The notes under the pieces: generated by a model
Seen by the model: the letters and a program-made list of their open reading frames with translations, nothing else
Told to the model about the DNA's origin: nothing
Databases searched by the model: none
In this document: one piece after another, positions 53,010 to 64,000 of the stretch
Position numbering within the stretch: the stretch's first letter is position 1
How the letters are laid out: each line of letters starts with the position of its first letter
Position numbers and translations under genes: made by a program
From: Dictyostelium discoideum
Lineage: Eukaryota
Reading direction: 5' to 3'
DNA length: 64,000 nucleotides
NCBI GenBank assembly: GCA_000004695.1
Contig: CM000154.2
Location: 4,480,001-4,544,000, forward strand

Positions 53010-53367
53010 TAAAATAATTTCGATAAAAACATCATCATTTTTAAAAAAAAATAAAAAAAAATTAATATTATTTTAAAAAAAAAAAAAAAAATCTATTAAA
53101 ATTGAAAAGATTATTATTATATTCTTTATTGAATGATTTATGTGTTTTTTAATATTTTTATTAATAAAGAACATTTTGGTTAATAGTTGAAAAAATGAAA
53201 TGTAATTTATAATAAATGATTATTATTTTTTTTGAAATTTTTTTTTTTTTTTTTTAAAAAAAATCATATTTTCAATTTTAAAGGTAATAAATTAAACAAA
53301 CAAACAACAAACAAACAAACAATAGTGATGGTTCTAAGGATGAAAATAATATAAATGGTTAAAAATT

Positions 53368-53377
53368 AATAATAATA

Positions 53378-53449
<72 letters not shown>

Positions 53450-53456
53450 CATTTAT
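53368..53456. repeat. (AAT)n microsatellite, noncoding
   Basis: About 29 tandem AAT units with one AGT interruption. Confidence 0.95.
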
Positions 53457-53723
53457 TAAAAATTATAATAACCAAAATCAATATGACAAAAATAATTTAA
53501 TTTTTAATAACAAAGATAGTAAATATAAAATTAGTTTTAATAAAGAGTTTTCAATTATAAAAATCAAAGAATCAATAATCAATGATTATTTTAAATTTAA
53601 TTTATTTAAAAATAATCAATTAGTTTATAATAGAATTTTAGCTGATATTTAAACTGGCTATTATGATGGGAATCAAGATGAAATTTTATTTAAAATACAT
53701 GAATATATCAAAAGAAAATTCAC

Positions 53724-54030
53724 AACTGTTCTATCAACTACTCATGCTAAACCATCAACCATAACTGTTCCATCAACTACCCATCTGCACTACCAACCAC
53801 TACTGGCTCACCAACTACTCAGCCGCACCACCAACCGCTACTGTTCCATCAAATACTCATGCTGCACCATCAACCACTACTGTTGCATCAACTACCATGC
53901 TGCATCTTCAACCCAACTGTTCCATCGACTACTCATGCTAAACCATCAACCACTACTGGCCCACCAACTAATCATGCTGCACCACCAACCACTACTGGCC
54001 CATCAACTACTCATGCTTCACCATTAAATT
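53724..54030 (+). repeat. Degenerate tandem repeats (~36-39 nt unit) encoding Pro/Ser/Thr-rich PSTTHA(A/K)P(S/P)TTTG units; frame broken by indels, so probably a relic of a mucin-like repeat gene
   Basis: About 8 recognisable units. The last two units plus stop read ...KPSTTTGPPTNHAAPPTTTGPSTTHASPLN*. Upstream units are out of frame (e.g. CATCTGCACTACC). Confidence 0.6.
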
Positions 54031-54535
54031 AATAATAATAATATTAATAATAATAATAATAACAAATAAATAAATTAACAAATAAATAAATAAATAAATA
54101 GATTAATAAATAAATAAATTAATAAAAAAAGGTAAATAAAAAAAAACTAGTTTTAATATATTTGTGTATTTTTAAAATTGTAAACATGTTTTGAAAAAAA
54201 AAAATTATTTTATTGTTTAAATTTGGTTTAAAATTCAAATAAAAAATGATCAACTCTAAAAACGAAACCCTTTTCAAAGAATGATAATTGTTGGACACCA
54301 CTGCTACAATCAATACCATCATTGAGTTGAAAATTACCATTGAAACCAAATTCAAAAAATTCAGTTTGATAACATGTTGGAAATTGACTACTTGATGTGA
54401 AACATTGTTGATTTAAACCTTTATTAATCTTTGAAAAGTCATTTCTATTTGTATCTAAATTTATTTATTAAATATTATATTTTTGCAACAATGAAAACAA
54501 TGATTAAAATAATAAAAAAATAAATATTTTTTTTA

Positions 54536-56338
54536 TTAATTACGTTTTATGAATAAGGCATCAAAAGGTTTACATTGCATTGCCAAACCAACTTCTCCTT
54601 CAACATCAATTGGAATATCAGTTGGATTGACTATTTTAAAATTCTTTAACATTATCACCAAAAATGTAAAAGTCAAAGATTCTGTAAATCTTCCTCCTGG
54701 ACAACCTCTAGGTCCTGTTTTAAAAAAAATAATAATGATGATTATTATTATTATTATTATTATTATAAATTAGTTGTAAATTAAAAAAAAAAAAAATAGT
54801 GGTAAATTTTAATTCCTTTTTAAAATGGTATCAAAACATACCTGCACCAAAATGAAAAAGTCCTTTTTGATATAAAGGTTGATTTTTAAATCTTTCTGGT
54901 TTAAATTCTAAAGCATCTTCACCCCAAAACTCTTTTGATAAATGTGTACCACGAAGATTTTTAATTATCATTGTACCTTTTGCAATTTTATATCCATTTA
55001 CTTCAACATCTTCTGTTGTTTTATTCGGTTCAGTTATTGGTACTGAAGAATTATATCTATATGATTCTATTATTCAAATTAATACAAAATTTATTTTTTG
55101 AAAAAATATATCAACACATATTAATACCAATATATATATATATATGGATAATTACCATTCATTACAGAAATAATATATGGATATTTTGTATGATCAGCAA
55201 ATGATATATTATTTGTATTATTATTTTCATCATTTCTCATGATTTCTTCATATATTTTATCTTGAATTTCAGGTTTATTAATTAATTGACCAATTAAAAG
55301 ACTAAACCCATTGGATGTTGAATCAACTGCTGCAAAAATAATATCAGAAATTGAAAACAAGATTGAATCATAATGAATTGAACCATCTAAATAATTTTTA
55401 TAATAATTCTCAATAATTGGAATATTGTTTAGTTTTGAAGATGTTTCATCAGTAGTTTCATTTTTCAATTCATTTTCTTTTTCATATTTAATTTTAATAG
55501 CATCAAGTTTTATACCTATAAAATCTTTTAAAAAAAAGTAACTAGAAATAATATCATTCTTTGACATTGATTTTATATCTAATGGAAATAAAAATGGTAA
55601 ATAATCAGAGTAAATTAATAATCCAGCAGCTTCAAAAATGCATTTAATCTTTTCTACAATGATTAGAATGGTTTCATCATTCTCTTCAATTCCTAATGTG
55701 AAATTTAATATTAATTTAACAGCAAGAATCCTAATTTGATTTGGTGTATTTTTAACAAGAGTTTCTTTATTATCTTTACAAAGATTACTAAACATTTCTA
55801 AAATAAATTTATTTGATTCTAATCTGCCATTATTTAACTTTCTTGTTGTAATTTCACTTGTAAGAATTCCTCTTAGAACATAATGATAATCACCATTTGA
55901 AGAAATAATGTTATAATCTTTACCAAAAAATCTTGAGAATTTAATATATCTTTCTTTGAAAATTTCTCTATGTTTTTTATTAAAACATTCATCAATAACT
56001 TCAGGCCCTGTTAGAACAACAATTTCAACACTACCCAATCTTAATCTAAAAACTTTGCCATATCTTTCATAGAAATCATTTACACTTTTTGGGAAATCTT
56101 TTGCGTTAATTTGTAATAAATTACCAAAAACTGGAATTGTAGAAGGACCAGGTATTAATTTATTAATTTTTTTAATCCTACCTTCAAATAATAAATCCTA
56201 TTTAAAAAAATAAAAGTATAAGTAAGTGTTTAATTTTTAATAATCAATAATATATATAATATTTTAAAATTTTACTTTTAATATTAATGATAATACTAAT
56301 ATTGTAATTGTTAAAATAATTGTAAATATTGTATTCAT
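54536..56338 (-). CDS. Cytochrome P450 monooxygenase, 4 exons on the - strand: 56276..56338 (ATG 56338), 55156..56197, 54842..55066, 54536..54714; about 502 aa
   Basis: N-terminal membrane anchor MNTIFTIILTITILVLSLILK, proline hinge PGPSTIPVFGNL, I-helix AAVDSTS, ExxR (ESYR), PERF, and heme loop split by the intron FHFGAG|PRGCPGGRF. GT-AG junctions and phases are consistent (63+1042+225+179 = 1509 nt). Confidence 0.8.
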
Positions 56339-57478
56339 TGTAATATTATAAAATATTTTAATTGAGAATCTTTTATATTAAAGTTTTTATATTAAAAAAA
56401 AAACTATTTAAATTATAAAATAAAAAAAACCAATAATGTTTTTGTTAAAAACAAATTGATATATTTAAATTTTGGGGAAGTGGGTTAAAATAATTAATTA
56501 TAAAAAAAAAAAAAACCACCAAATTTTTTTTTTTTTTTTCTTTATTAATAATTAAAAAACTTTTTTTATTTCTAAAAACGAACTTGAAAACAGTTTAGAA
56601 AACAGTTTTTAATTTATTTTTTGAAACTGTTTAATTTTATTTTATTTTAATTTTAAAAAAAAAACCAAAATAAAAAAATGACCATTGTACCTTTTGTAAT
56701 ATACTTCAATAAACTGTTTTTTTATTATTTAATTTTAAAAACAAAAATAAAAACAAAAATAAAAATAAAAATAATGAATTAAAAAAAAAAAAAAAAAAAG
56801 TTATAAGATATCTAATTAAGGGTGTAAAAATTTCAGCAATATTTTTTATTTTTATTAATTTTTTTCTGTAATAAATTCGTAAACATATAATAAAAAAGAG
56901 ATATCAAATAGAAACAAAAAAAATAAAAAAGTTTTAACATTTCAAAAAAAGAGAAGTTTAAAATTTAAGGGGGTAAAAAAAACATTTTTTTTTTTTTTTT
57001 TGTAAATTGACAAACACAAAAGCAAACTATACATTAAGTTAAATCTATTAAATAGTTTTTTATATAGAGTCTCGGGGAAATCACCAGATTTCAAAAAAAA
57101 AAATAAAAAAAAATAAAAAAAAACATAATTTTGGGTCAAATAAAAAACAAAAATTTTTTTTTTTATAGTGCGAATTAAAATTAATTATTTGTGTTGAAAG
57201 TAATATCCAAACAATCTAACCTTTTTTTTATTTTTATTTTTTTAATAACTATAAACGTCATCAAATTTTTTATTTAATTTTTTTTTTTATTTCTATAATA
57301 ATATCAAATTTATTTATTTTATTTTATTCTATTTTATTCTATTTTATTCTATTTTATTGTATTTTATTTTATTTTATTTTATTTTATTTTATTTATTTGT
57401 AAAAGAGAAAAGACACAAAATATAGATAATAATAATAAGGGATAGAAATGATGATGATGATGTTGATAGAAATGATGA

Positions 57479-58875
57479 TTTTTTTTTTTTTTTTTTTTTT
57501 GATATAAATAAACTATTGTAGTATGTTATTTTTATTTATTTATTTTAGGTTTTTTAGTTTTTGTGAATTTAAAATGGTATGTTATTTTAGATTAGGTAAT
57601 TAATAATTAATTGGTGGTGTAATTGTTGGAATTGGTTCATTAGTGTTTATGCTCCATTCTTTTTTAAATTTTTTGATTGTTTCGGACCATTGGGTTTCTT
57701 TTTGAGTTTTTGTGAGGTTGTTTTTAATTGAGTATTGGTTAAAGTTTGATAATGTTCTTGAATATTCCAATCTTATTAGCTTGTGCCATTTTGATTTTAA
57801 TATATCATAATCTAGTGTTGTGTTGTTTATTTGGTTGTTCCAATTATCAATTGATTGAGTTATATTGATGTCAAATAATGATTTGCATAACCATATCCAT
57901 ATTTGGTGAATAACTAATGAGATTATGTTCCAATATGCATGTGTTCTGACTAGATCAAGATTTGTGTTTATATAATTCCAGTTGAACCTGTATTTTTTAT
58001 ATTGTGCGTTTTCTGGAAAATGAAAATTAATATTGATAGTTGGATCTGGTTTAAATGCTTTGTTGTTTGTTTGTGGTTTATAAATGAGTGTGTATAATTT
58101 TGTTGTTTGGTTTTTTGTTAATGACCAGTTTTTGTTTCCATTGCAATTTTTATATATAAAATATTTTAATTTGTCGTGGTTTATGAAGTTGATTGTGTGC
58201 TGACAATTGAAAAACAAATGACCATAGGGATCATTATTCATTTCATTGTTGCAAATGGGGCAAACTTTGTTGTGTAGATGATTAATCGGAAGACATCTAG
58301 CATGGAATCTTTGCATTGTATCACGGCCTTTTGGATCTTTTAATTTTTGAATTTTGACAAAAAGTTGGTCGTATGTGTATTTCCATAATAGTTGTATTGA
58401 TTGTTGGTGCGAAGTAAGAAGTAGATCTGAATATTTCTTGCCAATATAGTCTTTTGATTTGCATTGGTGATTGTTGAGTATTGTCGAGTAGATTTCTTTG
58501 AGTGTTGGTGGTAGTGAAATATTATTTGTGTTTAATGTTTGAGAGGTTTGGTTTTTTGTTAATATTGGTTGTAGGGTTTGAACTTTATCTTTTAGATGTC
58601 CAATTTGAGTTGCATAGTTTTCCCATTCTTTTTTGATTTTTATAAGGTATGGAGAAGAGATTGATTTGTTGATGATTTGATCCATCCAACTTATCATGTA
58701 TATTGAATTGTTTGCAGATTTATGCTTTTGTAAAAATCTGTTGTATATCCAAATCTTTTGAGCAACTTGTCGTAATTGTATATTCCACATACCCCAACCA
58801 CCTTCTTTTAATGGTGTTTCAACAAATTGAAACAAATTGAAACAAGTTTTTTTAATGTTTAAAAAAGGAATCTCT
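57479..58875 (-). mobile_element. 5'-truncated non-LTR (LINE-like; TRE-type in Dictyostelium terms) retrotransposon: C-terminal part of ORF2 with CCHC-like Cys/His motif, ~100-nt 3' UTR and poly(A) tail
   Basis: ORF 57600..58835 (411 aa) has no recognisable cellular-gene features, no plausible start, and the motif CPICNNEMNNDPYGHLFFNCQH (C-x2-C-x10-H-x4-C) near its end. A(22) tract (T-run at 57479..57500 on +) lies ~100 nt 3' of the stop. The open frame ends at an in-frame stop at ~58875. Confidence 0.5.
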
Positions 58876-59648
58876 AAAAATAACCTATATTTAAAAATAA
58901 TAAAATTTTTTAAAATTCCAACTTTTTAAAAATGGTTTTTTTATTTTTTAATTGAAAAAAAAAAAAAAATTAAACCCAATTAAACAAAATTTTTTTTCTA
59001 ATTAATCAAACATGATATTATTTTCTCCAAATTTAAAATATTTTTAAATTATTCCACATCATAAAATGTATACATATGTGTATTTTATTGTGAAAAATCC
59101 CCTTGTTAATGAAGGGAAATTTTTTTTGAAATTTCACTACAAAAAGATTTGGTATGAAAATTTGAAAAAGACAAAAAAAAAAAAAAAATTAAAATTAAAA
59201 AAAATATCTTCACGTGGGAATTTATTTTCAGAAAAACCTTTTTTTTTTTTCATTTTTTATTTTTTTTTATTTTTTAAATTCTTAATAATAAATAAAATGA
59301 CAGTAAAATAAACATAAAAACAAAAACCAAATTTACAGACTTTATTTTTAAAATCCCCAACATGATACCGATTATCTCCAAATTTAAAATGTTCCACACT
59401 ATATAAAAAAAAGTGGTACTTGATAATTTTAATTAATATTCATTTTTTTTTATTGGTTCACCTATTTTTAACTGCTTCTTACTATAAAAAATAATAGTAA
59501 AAAAAAAAGTAAATAATGCAAGTTTCTAAAAAAAAAAAAAAATATAAATTAAAAAAAAAAAAAACAAAATTTAATTTTAAAATTAATTTAGAATTATTTC
59601 TGGTAATAACTAATAGAGATATTCCTCAACTAAAATAACTAAGCACCA

Positions 59649-62600
59649 ATGAATAATTTAGAAATTATAAATTTAATAGATAAAGGTGTTGCAATTGTTG
59701 GGGTGGGGTTTAGAATTCCTTCTGGTAATAATGAAAATTCAATTTGTTCACCAGATGATTTATTTAATAATTTAAAGAATGGTTTTGATGGTGTTAGTAG
59801 TACATCAGAAAGATGGAGTGACAATTTTCATAAATTAGGTGAAATTAGTAGTCCAAATGCAGGTTTATTACCATTTAATGAATGCAAATCATTCGATCCA
59901 TTATTTTTTGGTATTAATCCATCCGATGCTCATCAGATTGATCCTCAACAAAGATTATTATTAAAATGTACATGGGAAGCATTAGAAGATGCATCTATCG
60001 ATCCAATTTCAATTCGTGGTACAAATACTTCAGTTTTCATTGGTTCTTCAAATATTGATTATCAACATATAAATAAACACCAAGACTCAGTTTTAAAAAA
60101 TGTAATAGCACAATCTGCCTATGCTGTTTCAAATAGAATTTCATACTGTTTCGATTTTAATGGTCCATCATTATCAATCGATACTGCATGTTCATCATCA
60201 TTAAATGCAGTTTCTCAAGGTTATCATTCAATATTAAATGGTACTTCCAATATGTCAATTGTTGGTGGTGTAAATTTAATATTAGGTAAGAATTACATTT
60301 AAATATATTATATATAAAATACACTCATTAATTAATTTTTTATTTAAATATTTTACTAGATGTTGGAATGATAAAAGCATATTCGTATTTAAGCATGTTA
60401 AGTAAAACACATGGTAAATGTAAAGCATTTGATGAAAGTGGCGATGGTTTTACACGTGGTGAATGTGCTACTATTGTAGTTTTAAAAAATTTACAAGATG
60501 CAGTTAAAGATGGTAATAGAATTTATTGTGTAATTAATGGCTCAAGTTCAAACGTTGATGGCGGCGGTCATATGGATAAAGTTAACCTTTATTCACCATC
60601 AAAGCAATCACAATTTAATAATATTAATTCAGCATTTAAATCAACCAATGGTAAACTTTCAATTAATGATATTCAATATATCGAAGCACATGGTACTGGT
60701 ACTAAAACAGGCGATCCAATTGAAACTGAAGCAATTTCAATGGCTTTTAAAAATAGAGATAAATCAACACCAATTCTAATTGGTTCAATTAAAAGTAATA
60801 TTGGTCATTGTGAAGCTGGTTCAGGTGTTGCATCATTAATCAAATGTTGTTTAATGTTTAAATATCAATGCTTTTTACCAAATATTCATTTCAAAAATCC
60901 AAATCCATTAATTAAATTCAATGAATGGAATTTAAAAGTTGTAACATCACCAATTCCATTCAACAAAAGAATTAATGAAAAACCAGTTTCAATGATGATT
61001 AATAACTTTGGTGTAACAGGTTCAAATTGTTGTTTACTTATTTCAGAATTTAAAAAACAAGATTATGAATCATATGAAAACAACAACAACAACAAAAGTA
61101 ATCATAAAAATATATTAATACCATTCTCAGCAAATTCATCAAATTCATTAAATCAATACCAATCAAAATTTAAAAATATAATTAATAATCAATTCAATTT
61201 TATTGATTTTACCGCAAATCAAATTTATTCAAAATCAAATTATCTTTATCAAAGATCAGTTGTAATTGCAAGTAATTCAAATGAACTTTTTGAAAAAATT
61301 TTAAATAAAAAACAAATTCAAACTAAAAATTCAATCATTTCGAATATGTCATTCAAAGGAAAGAACCCAATTACAATTTTTGTTTTTTCAGGTCAAGGAT
61401 CACAATATCCTAAAATGGCTTTAGAATTATATAATAATGATGAAATTTTTAAGAAGTCAATTGATTTAATCGATTCAAAATTATCAAAGTACTATGGTTA
61501 TTCAGTATGGGGGAAGTTAACAACGATCAAAGATGATGACTTGACCTCAATACATGATCCAATTTTCGCACAACCAGCACTGTGTATGCTTTCAGTATCA
61601 CTATTTGAAATATATTGCCATTGGGGAGTAAATCCATCATTTATTCTTGGTCATAGTCTTGGTGAAATTTCAGCAGCATATTGTTCTGGAATGATCGATT
61701 TAGATACATTCTGTTATACAGTTTATTACAGATCAATCGCCCAATCTAAAACAAATGGTTGTGGTAGAATGTTATCAATTAATATCAGTGATGAAGAATT
61801 TAAATCAATGTATTCTCAAAAGTATCCACAAATTGAAATTGCGTGTTATAATTCACCTCAATCAATTGTTGTGGCAGGTAATGAATCAATATTAAATGAA
61901 ATTTCGAAAGAATTAAAAGAAAAAGAAATTTTCACTGCAATGTTAGGTTCATTATCATCATTCCATACAAGTAGTCAGCAATGTACAAAAGATAGTATAT
62001 TACAACTAAACATTGAAAGTAATCAACCAAAAGTACCAATATTTTCAACAGTTACAACAAATTTATTTAATGAATCAAATCGATTTAATTCACAATATGT
62101 TTATGATAATATTATCAAACCAGTTAAATTCACACAAACAATTTCAAATATTTATAAACATATCGAATCAAATCAATTAAATAATGATATTGTATTCATT
62201 GAAATTGCACCACATCCAACAATATCATTTTATATTAAGCAAATGGTACCATCAAGTTTAAATGAATCAGTTTCAGTTTATTCAGCACTTCACAAGAAAA
62301 AGAATGATGTCGAAGAGTTTCAACAAACCATTTCAAATTTATATTGTCAAAATGGATATAGTATTAATTTTAAATGTCAATTGGAAAATAAAAAATCAAA
62401 TCAATCAATAAATTTACCACTTTACCAATGGGATGATGAATTATACTTCGCTCAAACTCAAACACTTGAACAATATACAAAAGAAGGACCACCAATCGAT
62501 CATCTTGGTCTATCAAACTCTTATTATTCACCATTTAAAAATTCATATAGAACATTTATTGATATAAATAATAAACCATTCCAATATCTTAAAGGTCATA

Positions 62601-64000
62601 TGGTTAAAGGTAAATACTACTTCCCAGGTTGTGGTTATATCGATATTATTATTCAACTTTATAAAAATCAAGATATTTTTATTAGTTTTATTGAATTTAA
62701 AACACCATTAATTTTAATTGAAGGTATCAATCAATATTTACAAACAAACATTCAACAAACTGGTAAAAGTGAATATCGTGCACAATTTCATTTCAAAGAT
62801 CAAAAATCAAATGAATGGATTCAATCATCAAATGCAAATTTCCAATTATTAGATCATGGTAATGATATACCATCAAATTATAATATTGAAGAAATTATTA
62901 AAAACAAATGTAATTTGAGCAAATTAACAAAGAATGAACTTTATACACAAATAAAATCAAAAACTGGTTTGAATTATACTGGTGTTTTTCAAGGTGCTAC
63001 TGAATGTTATTTAGGTAATGATTGTTCATTATCAGTTTTATCTTTAAAATCTCAAACAAATTCATTTTTAAATATACCAATTTTAGATACATGTTTACAT
63101 GGAATGTTAGTATTAATAAATGATCAAAGTCAAATTGTATTTGATAAAGCCATTGGATTTAAATATTATTCATCAAACATACCATCGGATCTTAAAGAAT
63201 ATAAAGATAGTATTTATGTTTATTCCAATTTAAAACCAAAAAATGCTGATTCATACCATGGATCTATTATAGTAATGTTATCAGATGGTTCAGTTTTATA
63301 TGAAATTCAAGAAGTTATTTTTAAATCATTAATTCCAATCAAACATTCACTTAAAATTGAGTATCCAAATGATGAATTATACAAAGTTCATTTACAATCA
63401 AAAGATTCTCAAATTCCAACGCCATCATCATTCAAATCAATTATTTATGAAAATGATTTCTTCCATTCTGCACTTAATATTCCAGAAGATTTATTCAAAT
63501 ATATTTCAACATTATTTTATAAAGATATTATAAAAAGATGTCCAGAAATTAATATCAATAAAATTAATTCTCATAGTGTTAATGAAATTATTTCAAGTTT
63601 CAGTAAAATTTCAAAAAATCAAAGATTATTTAGATTTGTATTTGAAACAATAAAAGAGAATGGTATTCTTAATAGTTTGGAAGAAAATGATGATGCTTAT
63701 TTCGAATTTAATGAATTAGTTATTAAATCATCAAAAATTATTTCAAAATTATTATTCCCACTAGAAAGTGATAATGATAATGAAGATTTACCTCAATCAT
63801 TATTTCAAAATGGTTTAATGGATAAAATTTATAAATGCAGTTATTTAAGAAAGAAGTATCAAATGATTTCACATGTCATTATACATTCAATTAAAGAGAT
63901 TATTAATAATAATATTATAATTAGAATTTTAGAATTTGGAGGAGGCACTGCGTCATTATCAGTTGAAGTTATTGGAGAAATCGTTGCATTACTTCAAGAG
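59649..64000 (+). CDS. Divergent type I PKS D, 5' part (runs off window end): exon 1 59649..60285, exon 2 60360..>64000 (KS-AT-DH-CMeT seen)
   Basis: [30 protein letters not shown]. Intron GTAAGAAT...TACTAG (60286..60359), phase 1. AT motif GHSLGE (~61650), [17 protein letters not shown] (~62600), C-Me[11 protein letters not shown] (~63930). The frame is open to the window end. Confidence 0.8.

Noticed and set aside
54549-54773. 74-aa + strand ORF
   Set aside because: It overlaps the last exon of the P450 on the - strand, which has the canonical heme-binding loop and PERF-to-stop spacing. The + ORF is the antisense frame.
56340-59650. tRNA gene next to the retrotransposon fragment (expected for TRE-type elements)
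   Set aside because: By-eye scanning of both flanks found no A-box/B-box (GGTTCGAATCC-like) or cloverleaf candidate. This cannot be excluded without tRNAscan-SE.
60537-60779. 80-aa + strand ORF inside PKS D
   Set aside because: It is out of frame with the continuous KS-domain reading frame of PKS D exon 2.

Overview
The window is very AT-rich eukaryotic nuclear DNA with poly-Asn/Gln/Thr coding tracts, short AT-rich GTAAGT...AG introns and long homopolymer intergenic DNA. It looks like Dictyostelium (social amoeba) and not like prokaryotic DNA. The dominant content is a cluster of multi-exon type I polyketide synthase (PKS) genes in several copies. Two near-identical, convergently oriented full-length PKS genes (A on the + strand at 27516..37670, B on the - strand at 42863..52622) share the domain order KS-AT-DH-CMeT-ER-KR-ACP-thioester reductase. 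They flank a rearranged PKS pseudogene (38150..42350). A second truncated PKS fragment lies at 3031..5525. Further partial PKS genes run off both window edges: 1..2268 on the - strand (with two 1-bp insertions) and a more divergent one from 59649 on the + strand. The non-PKS genes are: an O-methyltransferase with an apparent frameshift; a class III aminotransferase with a mitochondrial-type presequence; the GlcNAc-1-P transferase ALG7; a poly(A)-binding protein with an unusual His-rich N-terminus; an STE20-type kinase; LYRM4/ISD11; a B-box + FNIP-repeat protein; and a four-exon cytochrome P450. Other features are a 5'-truncated non-LTR retrotransposon ORF2 tail, a decayed coding-like transposon-like segment abutting an assembly gap, a degenerate Fic-domain remnant carrying the core HPFxD.NGR motif, a 34-bp perfect inverted-repeat element upstream of PKS B, degenerate Thr/Pro-rich tandem repeats, microsatellites and two 100-N gaps. 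All gene models were derived by hand from splice-site consensus and reading frame; no database searches were possible.
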